Assembly (NCBI GenBank): GCA_046570105.1
Contig: JBKHVI010000003.1
Location: 32,001 to 96,000 of the forward strand
Direction: 5' to 3'
Source of the DNA: Bacteriovoracia bacterium
GTDB lineage: Bacteria; Bdellovibrionota; Bacteriovoracia; Bacteriovoracales; Bacteriovoracaceae
Length of the DNA stretch: 64,000 nt
Part shown: positions 10,084 to 18,857 of the stretch, one piece after another
Position numbering within the stretch: the first letter of the stretch is position 1
Layout of the letters: each line of letters starts with the position of its first letter
Notes under the pieces: model-generated
The model's database searches: none
Told to the model about the DNA's origin: nothing
Seen by the model: only the letters and a program-made list of their open reading frames with translations
Translations under genes and position numbers: made by a program

Positions 10084-11294
10084 TCTGCACTTCCTAGGAT
10101 TAAACAAGAGTTATGGCCACCAAAGGCAAATGAGTTCTTAAGTACAATTGAAAAATGCCCCTTGCGTGGCTGACCTAGTACGTGATCAAGCTGGCATGAC
10201 GGATCAATCTCCGTGGTGTTAATCGTCGGATGTAAACTCTGCTGCTTCATACATAGAAGAGCACCCACTGTTTCAAGTGCCCCACCCGCAGCAATTAAAT
10301 GGCCTGTCATAGATTTGGTAGCAAAAACAGGAACACTCATTGCTCGGACACCTAACAACGTTTGGATGGCCTTCGTTTCCATCACATCGTTTTTTGGTGT
10401 TGATGTTCCATGTGCATTCACAGCACTAATATCATTCGCCGTGATCCGTGCATCAGCTAATGCATGTTTCATCGCTCGCAGTGCGCCTTCTCCGTCTGGA
10501 TGAGGATCACTGGGACTATATGCATCCATACTGTGGCCATGGCCTAGAATGAATCCTTGAATGTCAGCACCTCGCTTTTTGGCATTCTCTTCACGCTCTA
10601 ACACCATGAAAGCTGCTCCCTCACCAAGCACAAAACCATCACGATTTTTATCAAAAGGCCTAGAAGCTTTTGTAGGTTCATCATTACGTGCACTCAGCGC
10701 ACCTAATAGACAAAATCCACCCAGTCCCATGGGATTCACCATAGAATCTGTCCCTCCGGCAACAACCACATCTACCTCGCCCGAACGTAAGAGCTCGAGG
10801 GCTGTTCCTATCGCATCAGTACTCGCCACACACGCAGAGAGATGAAGTCGCGGAGGTGAGTGCAAGGAGAATTCGTGAGAGATCAAGTGAACCACTCGTT
10901 CTGCAGGATAATTTAGAAAAGCGAATTTATCTTCATCTGTTACCGCCGGGTAACGGTTTTTTTGCCAATCAATTAAGTCCGGGACGTGAAAAAGTTCAAG
11001 ACCCAAACCTAAACTTAAAGCACATTTCTTAGGAGCATAATGTCCATTTAACTGCGCCATAGCCATCGCTTCTCGGGCAGCTAAAATGGCAAACGACATT
11101 TTCACATCACGCTGATCCAAGACGATGGCAGAATCATCGACTTCTCCGGCAATTTGGGTCTGGTACCCACTTGGATCAAAGCGAGTGATGCGTTTAATTC
11201 CCGACTCACCTTTTTGTAATGCCTGATAAAATGCTTCACAGCCAATACCATTTGGAGAAACAACTCCCATCCCTGTGACAGCGATGCGTTTCAT
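10080..11294 (-). CDS. fabF: Beta-ketoacyl-ACP synthase II (FabF-like)
   Basis: Cys-His-His triad in SACVAS, NAHGTST, KSMTGH; C-terminal NSFAFGGHN. Confidence 0.9.
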   Translation of the reverse strand: MKRIAVTGMGVVSPNGIGCEAFYQALQKGESGIKRITRFDPSGYQTQIAGEVDDSAIVLDQRDVKMSFAILAAREAMAMAQLNGHYAPKKCALSLGLGLELFHVPDLIDWQKNRYPAVTDEDKFAFLNYPAERVVHLISHEFSLHSPPRLHLSACVASTDAIGTALELLRSGEVDVVVAGGTDSMVNPMGLGGFCLLGALSARNDEPTKASRPFDKNRDGFVLGEGAAFMVLEREENAKKRGADIQGFILGHGHSMDAYSPSDPHPDGEGALRAMKHALADARITANDISAVNAHGTSTPKNDVMETKAIQTLLGVRAMSVPVFATKSMTGHLIAAGGALETVGALLCMKQQSLHPTINTTEIDPSCQLDHVLGQPRKGHFSIVLKNSFAFGGHNSCLILGSAE

Positions 11295-12145
11295 AAAGTC
11301 GCTCCCATCGAAAAATGGTAGCGATAGTAATCATTTTTATAAGAAAAATGGATGACTTCTTTTTTCAGACGTTTCTGTTGAAGTGTATAAAGATCTTGCA
11401 CTGGCCCCAGATGTTGATCAATCTCAGTTTTAAAGCCGATCTCTTGAACTCCACCTGGTGGATGATATTGCATTTCAATTGGACTAACCAATCTGCAGTT
11501 CTGGTGGGTACCCTTACGTGCTAAAAGCCACATGCCTCCACAGTCAGGAGTTAAGACATTTTCAGGAAGACCCATCTTGCGGTTATAATTTTTTACCAAC
11601 GGATTTTGCTGATGAGTCGCCGCTCCCACGAGGGCATAGTCTACCCGGCCTCGACGCAAATCATGCATGGCTGCTGCCAACGCCTGGCCCCACTGATAGC
11701 GATCAGGATATGTCACGAGATAAGCTTCTTTGAGGCCGTAGTTATGAGATAGATGAAAGGCGGCCATATTGGGTAGACACTTAAATGTTGTCAGTGGATT
11801 AAGCGAAGGCATCGCTTTGGTCACAAAGTTCTCTTGTGAAAACTCTCCTTCAATTTGAGATTTCTCACCAAGAATACGAAGCTCTCGTTCTTCAAATGGC
11901 AGAACACCTACACACAAATAAAGTCCGGTACGCTGATTTCGTGTTTCTTGATCAAGTGGATACTGCTCAAGCACCTGGTGACAGGCTTCCATCGCAAGCA
12001 TATCCATCTTTGACATGAATTTAAGATTTTTGGGTTGCACTAAACAGCGACGTACATCAAGACTCACTTCTTGATTCGCACCACCTTGCAAGATGTCGGG
12101 CCCCACAAAAGATGAGGCTAGGAGAACTATCTCAGAATTGGACAC
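11291..12145 (-). CDS. Truncated ketosynthase-like protein (chain-length-factor-like, probably non-catalytic)
   Basis: KS N-terminal motifs KFMSKMD, RTGLYL, LKCLPNMAAFHLS-like (TFKCLPNMAAFHLS), GRVDYALVGA; no AC active-site motif and no HGTST; GTG 12145 is a tentative start. Confidence 0.75.
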   Translation of the reverse strand: MSNSEIVLLASSFVGPDILQGGANQEVSLDVRRCLVQPKNLKFMSKMDMLAMEACHQVLEQYPLDQETRNQRTGLYLCVGVLPFEERELRILGEKSQIEGEFSQENFVTKAMPSLNPLTTFKCLPNMAAFHLSHNYGLKEAYLVTYPDRYQWGQALAAAMHDLRRGRVDYALVGAATHQQNPLVKNYNRKMGLPENVLTPDCGGMWLLARKGTHQNCRLVSPIEMQYHPPGGVQEIGFKTEIDQHLGPVQDLYTLQQKRLKKEVIHFSYKNDYYRYHFSMGATL

Positions 12146-12606
12146 GGCTGAAGCTCCCGGCTCCAAATTTTATAAATCTGCAGACGCTGTGCTGTTAGCG
12201 CATTGGACTCCACTTCTAATAGAGTCATCATCAATCTCCCCTGAACTCGAATCTCATCCCCACAACGTGCTTCCACACTCAGCATAGCTGTCTCATCAAT
12301 GAGAGAATCAATTTTGGCAAAATAATCAAGTGCATCGCCTGGCCGACTCGGAATCTTGAATTTCATTTTATCAACAGTAGAAAGCACTGCCCTTCTGACG
12401 GGGCGAGAGGCATCTTGATTATGAGTTGTTTCCAATAAAAATCCTGCCACTTGTGCCAGCCCCTCTATAATCAGCGCACCGGGGAAAATTGGAATATCGG
12501 GAAAATGATCGTGGAGGACTTCGTCAGTCAAAGTCACGCACTTGCGAGCTTTAATTGTTTCACCTAATTTAAGCTCTTTAATGACATCAAAAAGAAAATA
12601 TCTCAT
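12127..12606 (-). CDS. 3-hydroxyacyl-ACP dehydratase (FabZ/FabA-like)
   Basis: DHFPDIPIFPGALIIEGLAQ hotdog catalytic His/Glu motif. Confidence 0.9.
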   Translation of the reverse strand: MRYFLFDVIKELKLGETIKARKCVTLTDEVLHDHFPDIPIFPGALIIEGLAQVAGFLLETTHNQDASRPVRRAVLSTVDKMKFKIPSRPGDALDYFAKIDSLIDETAMLSVEARCGDEIRVQGRLMMTLLEVESNALTAQRLQIYKIWSRELQPCPILR

Positions 12607-13298
12607 AGGGCCCCATCGGCGACGACTGACTCGCCAGTTATATACGTATTATAGGTAAGCATTCCATGCACTAGCTCTGCCACTTCATTTGGTTTCATAT
12701 ATCTGCCGAGCGAACAGTGTTTTAAATATTTATCTTTCAAACCTCGTGGAAGTTGCTGCGATACTTTCCCTTCAACAATTCCCATACAAAGTTGGTTCAC
12801 CAGAATTCCATGCTCTCCCAACTCGTGGGCGGCAGATTCCACAAGACCTTTCAGTGAGGCTTGGCATTGCGAATAAAAAACCGGAGCGGTTTGAGTCTTC
12901 ACTCCATCGAGAGTATTAAGAAAAAGTATTTGTCCTTTTTCATTCAAAAGCCGCTTTGCTTCTTTAATCAGTAGAAAGGGAGCTTCCACTCTTATTTTGT
13001 AAAGCTCATGCATAAACTCTGGGGTTGTTTCTTCCGCGGTTTTAAAAGCAGGATAATCACTTTTGAGAAGTTGCTTAAAATCAATTTGAGCGGCGTAAAC
13101 GATGGCATCATGGCCCGCTTTCAAATCCCAAGGTTTCAAAAGATTAAGTTCAAATCCTTTGGCACCGAGTGCCTCGAGATTTCTTGCTTCTTCGCGATTG
13201 CGACAAAATGAAAAGGCGACTTCGTGGTGCTCTAAGCGCAAATGCTTAACCAATTCACGGCCAATTTCTCCTGTGCCCCCAATAACAAGTATTTTCAC
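12603..13298 (-). CDS. Atypical SDR (FabG-like, YxxxK lysine lost)
   Basis: GGTGEIG; YSQCQ in place of YxxxK; YITGESVVADG. Confidence 0.8.
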   Translation of the reverse strand: MKILVIGGTGEIGRELVKHLRLEHHEVAFSFCRNREEARNLEALGAKGFELNLLKPWDLKAGHDAIVYAAQIDFKQLLKSDYPAFKTAEETTPEFMHELYKIRVEAPFLLIKEAKRLLNEKGQILFLNTLDGVKTQTAPVFYSQCQASLKGLVESAAHELGEHGILVNQLCMGIVEGKVSQQLPRGLKDKYLKHCSLGRYMKPNEVAELVHGMLTYNTYITGESVVADGAL

Positions 13299-14023
13299 TA
13301 AAAACCTCCATCCATCAAAACGGTGGAGCCAGTCATATAGCTATTCTTTTCTGAGATCATAAAAGCAGCGAATTTTGCGACTTCATCAAATTCGCCCACT
13401 CTCCTAAGTGCCACATGGTTTTCATAATCTTTCACCATATTGTCAGGAAGATTACGTGCAACCCCTTCTTTGAGCAGTCCAGGTGCCAAGTTCAATACTC
13501 TCACTCCATAGCGACCCACTTCTTTTGCAAGTGTAGCTGTAAAGCCATGCAGAGCCGCTTTGCTAGTTGCATAGTGCACGGGAGCGGCCAGCATTTTCTC
13601 TCCCGCTAGAGAGCCGATATTGAGCACGACACCTTTTTTACGACGAATCATGGGTGGTAAAAATACTTGCGTCACATGAAAAAGACTCTTGGTGTTGCCA
13701 TAAACGACTCGATCCCAGTCTTGTTCATCCTGTAGTGGAAAAGGCATCGCCTGAGAAACGCCGGCATTGTTCACTAAAATATCAATAGTCACATTCTTCT
13801 CATCCAAGTTTTTTTTGAGAGTTTCCATATCCGAACGCTTGAGCGCGTCGGCACGAAAATACTCACCACAACCCATCTGGCGTTGTGTTTCCTGCGCTCC
13901 AGCTTCATCGCTTAGATACGTGAAGAAGACGTTTGCTCCCTGCCTTTTAAATTCCAGACAGAAAGCGCGCCCTAAACCTTTTGAGCCACCTGTCACCAAT
14001 ATGTTTTTTCCTTGCAACAACAT
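13298..14023 (-). CDS. fabG: 3-oxoacyl-ACP reductase
   Basis: TGGSKGLG, NNAG, NIGS, YATSK. Confidence 0.85.
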   Translation of the reverse strand: MLLQGKNILVTGGSKGLGRAFCLEFKRQGANVFFTYLSDEAGAQETQRQMGCGEYFRADALKRSDMETLKKNLDEKNVTIDILVNNAGVSQAMPFPLQDEQDWDRVVYGNTKSLFHVTQVFLPPMIRRKKGVVLNIGSLAGEKMLAAPVHYATSKAALHGFTATLAKEVGRYGVRVLNLAPGLLKEGVARNLPDNMVKDYENHVALRRVGEFDEVAKFAAFMISEKNSYMTGSTVLMDGGF

Positions 14024-14785
14024 TTAAGCTCCCACCACATGCAGGCCACCATCAACAAACTGCACAGTACCGGTGACATGCTTTGAGAGCTCACTTGCGA
14101 GATAAACAGCTGTAAGTCCTACATCGTTGCCATTCGTATTTTGGCGCAGTGGAGCTTTCTCTTTGGCCATCAAGTAATGGGCATCAAATCCCTCTACACC
14201 CATCGCCGACATCGTTCTGACGGGTCCAGCAGAAATGGCATTTACTCTTACTCCTTGTGGTCCAAGTTCATGTGCCAAGTAACGCACACTACTCTCTAGT
14301 GCGGCTTTCGCCATTCCCATCATGCCATAGCCTGGTATCACGCGCTCACTGCCGATATTAGTCAGCGCCAGAAGACTTGCTCCCGGATTTAGGTAAGGCT
14401 GTACAAGTTGAGCTAAACGGACAAACGAAAAGGCACTGACTTCTAATGTTTCTTGCAACCCCTTGAGACTGGTGCCCATCAGTCCGCTGGCCAACTCTGA
14501 CGGCGGAGCAAATGCCATGGAATGCACGACAATATCTATTTTTCCCCACGCCTGAAGCGAAGAAGTTAAATTCTTCCAATGATTCTCATCGCGCACATCT
14601 AAAAGTTGGCAAAAACTTGCTGACAATTTTTCTGCCAACGGAACAGCTCTCTTCTCACTACTAGCAATTCCATACGTGAGTGCAATCGATGCGCCTTGGG
14701 CATGGAGACTTTCTGCGATCGACCAGGCCAGGCTTCGATCATTGGCCAATCCAAGAATCAAGGCCTTTTTATTTTGCACTAGCAT
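14024..14785 (-). CDS. fabI: Enoyl-ACP reductase
   Basis: GLANDRSLAWSIA, HSMAFAP, YGMMGMAK, ISAGPVRT; ATG 14785 with AAGGA upstream. Confidence 0.9.
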   Translation of the reverse strand: MLVQNKKALILGLANDRSLAWSIAESLHAQGASIALTYGIASSEKRAVPLAEKLSASFCQLLDVRDENHWKNLTSSLQAWGKIDIVVHSMAFAPPSELASGLMGTSLKGLQETLEVSAFSFVRLAQLVQPYLNPGASLLALTNIGSERVIPGYGMMGMAKAALESSVRYLAHELGPQGVRVNAISAGPVRTMSAMGVEGFDAHYLMAKEKAPLRQNTNGNDVGLTAVYLASELSKHVTGTVQFVDGGLHVVGA

Positions 14786-14814
14786 TTTCTTTCCTTGTTG
14801 CGGATGATCGATCC

Positions 14815-15771
14815 ATGTCCAAAAACCTTCTTTCACGCTGGTTCGAAGTTTATCAAGAACTCGGTCAGCCCATTGGAATTCATACTTTTCGCGTTGATAA
14901 GCGCGACGGCCAAATTGAGCACCAAGAACACTCACATATCGAGTGGGATGGTTTCAGTCTGGCGGTCTATAAGCTTCGCCAATTAGGATGGGTCATTCAA
15001 CCCCCACGTCGGCTAAAATCATTTTCCCTTTCTTTTTTAGCTAAAGTGAAAGCCTTTTTTCATTATTTAATTTGGGCGCGAGTGAGAGATGTAAGATGGA
15101 AAAAATTTGATGCACAGCGTACTGGTCATAACCCTCCTCAAATTCATGTATTTGAACAAGAAATGACAGAAAAATGGCTTAGAGATTTAGCACAACAAAA
15201 TCTATCACCTAATGCTTGGCTGCTTCACCGTCTGAACAAGCTCACTGCACCGTTAATTCACAGTTCAGAGGGTATTTGGTGGATTCCGGTCGACTATCGT
15301 CCCTACTCAGACTTTTCTTGGGATGAACCTAATGTCGTGTCTCATATAGCTGTATCAATCAACACGTCGCAAAATCCAAGATTGATAGAAACTTTTATTC
15401 AGAAGAACTTAATAGATGGTGCACCTTGGGCGGCCTGGAAATGGATGCAATTGATTGCTAAATTTGGGAAAACAACAATGAAAGGCATCCTGCAATCACA
15501 GCTCAAAAAAAATCGCTGGTGCGGCACAATGACTTATTTGGGACGCTGGCCGAATCGTTTTGCGACTGCTCCAGTGGACACACCCTATCGGCTAGTAGGT
15601 GCACCGCCACCGATGCTGGGACACCCTATCTCGATGGGCGTGAGTCTTATGTGCGATCAACTCTGTGTTGCCTTTACCAGTCATTGTTCCCTTTTTTCTG
15701 AAACTGAATCGCAAATGTTCTTTCATGATTTTTTAGATGAAGTATCAAATGGAATGAAAGGACAAGTATGA
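14815..15771 (+). CDS. Putative acyltransferase (condensation/CAT-like fold)
   Basis: HIEWDG matches HxxxDG; PVDYR..N and TYLGRW segments typical of this fold; start uncertain. Confidence 0.6.
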   Translation: MSKNLLSRWFEVYQELGQPIGIHTFRVDKRDGQIEHQEHSHIEWDGFSLAVYKLRQLGWVIQPPRRLKSFSLSFLAKVKAFFHYLIWARVRDVRWKKFDAQRTGHNPPQIHVFEQEMTEKWLRDLAQQNLSPNAWLLHRLNKLTAPLIHSSEGIWWIPVDYRPYSDFSWDEPNVVSHIAVSINTSQNPRLIETFIQKNLIDGAPWAAWKWMQLIAKFGKTTMKGILQSQLKKNRWCGTMTYLGRWPNRFATAPVDTPYRLVGAPPPMLGHPISMGVSLMCDQLCVAFTSHCSLFSETESQMFFHDFLDEVSNGMKGQV

Positions 15772-16814
15772 GTAAATTTAAATTCATTCTCTCATTTATA
15801 TTTTTTATCGCACTGACTGCTTGTGGAATTTTTGCAGCAGCGATGCAAACAGAGCAGAAAAATTTTAGCTTTGACTTGATTGCCAGTCTTCCTTGGACTG
15901 TTGTCTCTGCATTGATAATTTCTTCCATCTGCATTTATCTAGTTGATATCCTCCGCTTCTTCATTTTCTCTCATATGATTGGAGTACGACTCCAGTTTCT
16001 TCATGCGCTAGAAGCAGCCATCGTAAATTTATTTTTTGGATGGGTAACACCAGGGGCTGCCATGGGTGCACCGGCGGCTGTTTATACTTTAGGCAAGAGA
16101 GGTATCCCGTGGGATGCCTCATTAATTATCTGTTTTGGAAAATCACTAACAGGTTTTGGAACAATTTTATTATTAGCATTTGTTATGATTGCCATGGGTC
16201 TGGGCCCACAAATTGATAATATTTTTATTTATGGGATCTTGTGGAGCGCATCTTTTATTGCCTTCTTTTTTATCGCTCTGCCCATTGTAGGTAGCTTTTA
16301 TTCGGCGTCGACTCACCGATCGTTAGATCGTATTGAACAGAAACTTTTTTCCAAAAATCCTAAGATCAAGCTTCGTGCGAACAAGATATTTAAAGTACTA
16401 AAAGATATGATTGAACGTCTGCGGTTGTTACATAACCAAAGAAAGTTTCTATTTCTCATCGCGCTTGTTTCACAATTACTTTATTTCGCAGCTTTCATTG
16501 CACCCGCCGTTATCGTTTGTCATTATTTCGGAGGAGAGATTAGCAAGGCCATACCCCACTCACTCATTTACACTGCCCTTGCCTATTCTGCGCCGACCCC
16601 TGGTGGAGCTGGTATCTCTGAAGCATCCTCAGTCATTTTCTTTAATACAATTGTGCCAGCGATGAGCGCGGCTTATGTCGGAGTCATCTTCCGAGGATTT
16701 ACTTTCTATTTCCAAATTCTTATGGGGATACTTTATTTCCTTTTTTTTGGTGGGGGGTCTGCCATTCTTAATAGTAAAAATGCATTAGCTGGGAAATCAC
16801 ATGAGCCCAGTTGA
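15768..16814 (+). CDS. Lysylphosphatidylglycerol synthase TM-domain / flippase-like protein (UPF0104)
   Basis: Multi-TM protein with FGWVTPGAAMG, PTPGGAGISE, FRGFTFY motifs. Confidence 0.8.
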   Translation: MSKFKFILSFIFFIALTACGIFAAAMQTEQKNFSFDLIASLPWTVVSALIISSICIYLVDILRFFIFSHMIGVRLQFLHALEAAIVNLFFGWVTPGAAMGAPAAVYTLGKRGIPWDASLIICFGKSLTGFGTILLLAFVMIAMGLGPQIDNIFIYGILWSASFIAFFFIALPIVGSFYSASTHRSLDRIEQKLFSKNPKIKLRANKIFKVLKDMIERLRLLHNQRKFLFLIALVSQLLYFAAFIAPAVIVCHYFGGEISKAIPHSLIYTALAYSAPTPGGAGISEASSVIFFNTIVPAMSAAYVGVIFRGFTFYFQILMGILYFLFFGGGSAILNSKNALAGKSHEPS

Positions 16815-17461
16815 ATGTAAACTATTTAGATTTTTTTGACCTTAAACTGATTAAGGAACTGAGAAACAAAATCAAAAGAAAAGAATCACATTTCAAACCT
16901 ATCGAAGCCAAATTTGGCTTCAACCTTCCACTAAGTTTATTAAACGGTATTGAAATTCGAAAAAACTTTCCAGAAATCGTTTCGTTTGCTGAAACGAATA
17001 TCAAGGAATTAGTTGAACGCGAAGTAGGGACGCCAATCAACCTGATGAGAGATAATCTGCGCTCAATTCGTATCCAGCGCTATACTTCTCCCAAAGAGGG
17101 TTTCCTCTGGCATATTGATGGAGCCGACTACACTGTCTTTATCACCTTAAGTAACACTCTCAAAGGTGGAACAGAGTACATCTCTTTTAAACGCAGTTTG
17201 CTGCTAAAACCCTTGGTGTATTTCTATCCTTTTCTCGTGCTATTTAATCGATGCTCCTGGGCCATTCGTCCCTTCGCTCCACGAAGGATGCTGGGCGAAC
17301 CAGGTGATCTTATTCTGTTACAAGGAGGAAAATCGGCCCATAGAACTTATTGTGAGAGTGAGAGCGGCGAGAGACAGATTCTGGCCATAAGCTTTGATCG
17401 AGTGACAAAACCTAAAAACCCTATCTGGGATTTTATTGCGCAAAAGCTTGTGCACCAGTAG
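16811..17461 (+). CDS. 2OG-Fe(II) oxygenase
   Basis: WHID (HxD), KGGT, GDLILL, distal H (SAHRT) and Arg (ERQIL); TTG start overlaps the upstream stop. Confidence 0.7.
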   Translation: MNVNYLDFFDLKLIKELRNKIKRKESHFKPIEAKFGFNLPLSLLNGIEIRKNFPEIVSFAETNIKELVEREVGTPINLMRDNLRSIRIQRYTSPKEGFLWHIDGADYTVFITLSNTLKGGTEYISFKRSLLLKPLVYFYPFLVLFNRCSWAIRPFAPRRMLGEPGDLILLQGGKSAHRTYCESESGERQILAISFDRVTKPKNPIWDFIAQKLVHQ

Positions 17462-18857
17462 ATTTATCTTTAGACACTTTGCTGACATCTTTCGGTACCT
17501 CATTGCCTGCACCGAAATAGACAGGCACGATGCCGCGACGAACTTTGTACATATAATAAAGATTCGACAGCAGATGGTAGTGCTTTAATTTATACTTCCC
17601 TCTCCAAAGTCGAAGTAAAATTGATCGCAGAGAATAGAAGCGACGAAGCGCTCGCCAATAGCCACGCTGAATCTCATCCGCCGACATATGGGGATGCTTA
17701 AAGACCACATAAGACTCTCGAAAATGGCTCAAATCTTTATCGACGATCATTCCGCTATCAAATACTTTCTTTCCGAGAGGAGTCTTAGGATAAGGCGTAT
17801 AAAGAAAGAATTCAGCAATAGACACACCCATCTTCTCTAACCATTCAACAGTCTCATCAAAAGTTTCCTGAGTATCCTCTGGAAATCCGAAAACAATCAA
17901 TGCATGGACAGCAATTCCACTTGCATGAATTTTCTGAATAGCTTTTTCAAAATCGCTAACACGATTAAACCCCTTAGCGACTTGATTCAAATTCTTTTGC
18001 GAGAGCGATTCAAAACCGACGGCAACAAAAACACAGCCGGCCTCTTTCGCAAGCTGTAATAATTCTGGATCTTTGGCAATGTTGACTGTGCACTGTGTTC
18101 CCCAGCCCACCTTAAGATCTTTCATCGCTCGAAAGAGTTCTTTAGAATAGACGACGTCTTCCATTAGATTATCGTCAACGAATGAAAGCTGTCGCGACTT
18201 ACTGGCCTTAATATCTCTTACGACATCGGCAACTGGACGTAAGCGATAGCGCTTTTGATAAAACTCAATGATCGAACAATATTCACAAACGAAAGGACAT
18301 CCGCGAGTTGCCTGGACAGGTAGCACGGCCATGCGACTTTTGTCTGCCAGGTCATAGCGAGGCACCGGAAGATCTTCGAGGGGAAAAGGTTTGTCCTGTT
18401 GGTAGCTTTTTTTGAGTTGCCCATGCTCTATATCGTGAAGCATCTGAAGCCACACTCCTTCCGCTTCACCAACACAATAGGCATCGACATAATCTTCAAT
18501 TAATTCCGGGTGCATGGTAGGAAGGAAGCCTCCCATGATGACAATCTTTCCTCGTTTCTTAAACTCTTTGGCTATCTCTTGAGCGCGTTTGAGCTGCATA
18601 ACCTGGGCATGAATCCCTATGACATCCGCATCTGTGTTAAAATCGACATCTTGGAAATATTCTTCAATCTTTTCTACTTTGATATGACTGGGTGTCATCG
18701 CTGCTAAAATAAGCAAACCCAACTTCTCCACGTTGACTGTCGTCAGACGATTCCACCATCCCTTGGATTGAACGAGTCTGCCCTTGTCGTCATAATGGGC
18801 ACTGTGAATAAACAGTACCTTTTTGATTTTAGGATGAGCTGTCACAGGTTGATTCAT
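17433..18857 (-). CDS. Cobalamin-binding radical SAM protein (BchE/HpnP/Grs superfamily)
   Basis: N-terminal B12-binding domain (LGLLILAAMTP, IMGGFLPT, VGEAE), TRGCPFVCEYC, FVDDN, GFES, TPYPKTPL. Confidence 0.9.
   Translation of the reverse strand: MNQPVTAHPKIKKVLFIHSAHYDDKGRLVQSKGWWNRLTTVNVEKLGLLILAAMTPSHIKVEKIEEYFQDVDFNTDADVIGIHAQVMQLKRAQEIAKEFKKRGKIVIMGGFLPTMHPELIEDYVDAYCVGEAEGVWLQMLHDIEHGQLKKSYQQDKPFPLEDLPVPRYDLADKSRMAVLPVQATRGCPFVCEYCSIIEFYQKRYRLRPVADVVRDIKASKSRQLSFVDDNLMEDVVYSKELFRAMKDLKVGWGTQCTVNIAKDPELLQLAKEAGCVFVAVGFESLSQKNLNQVAKGFNRVSDFEKAIQKIHASGIAVHALIVFGFPEDTQETFDETVEWLEKMGVSIAEFFLYTPYPKTPLGKKVFDSGMIVDKDLSHFRESYVVFKHPHMSADEIQRGYWRALRRFYSLRSILLRLWRGKYKLKHYHLLSNLYYMYKVRRGIVPVYFGAGNEVPKDVSKVSKDKSTGAQAFAQ

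Noticed and set aside
8992..14785. Housekeeping fab operon or aryl polyene cluster
   Set aside because: No plsX/fabH/fabD and an atypical ACP; lacks the ammonia-lyase, AMP-ligase and glycosyltransferase genes typical of aryl polyene clusters, and includes an enoyl reductase
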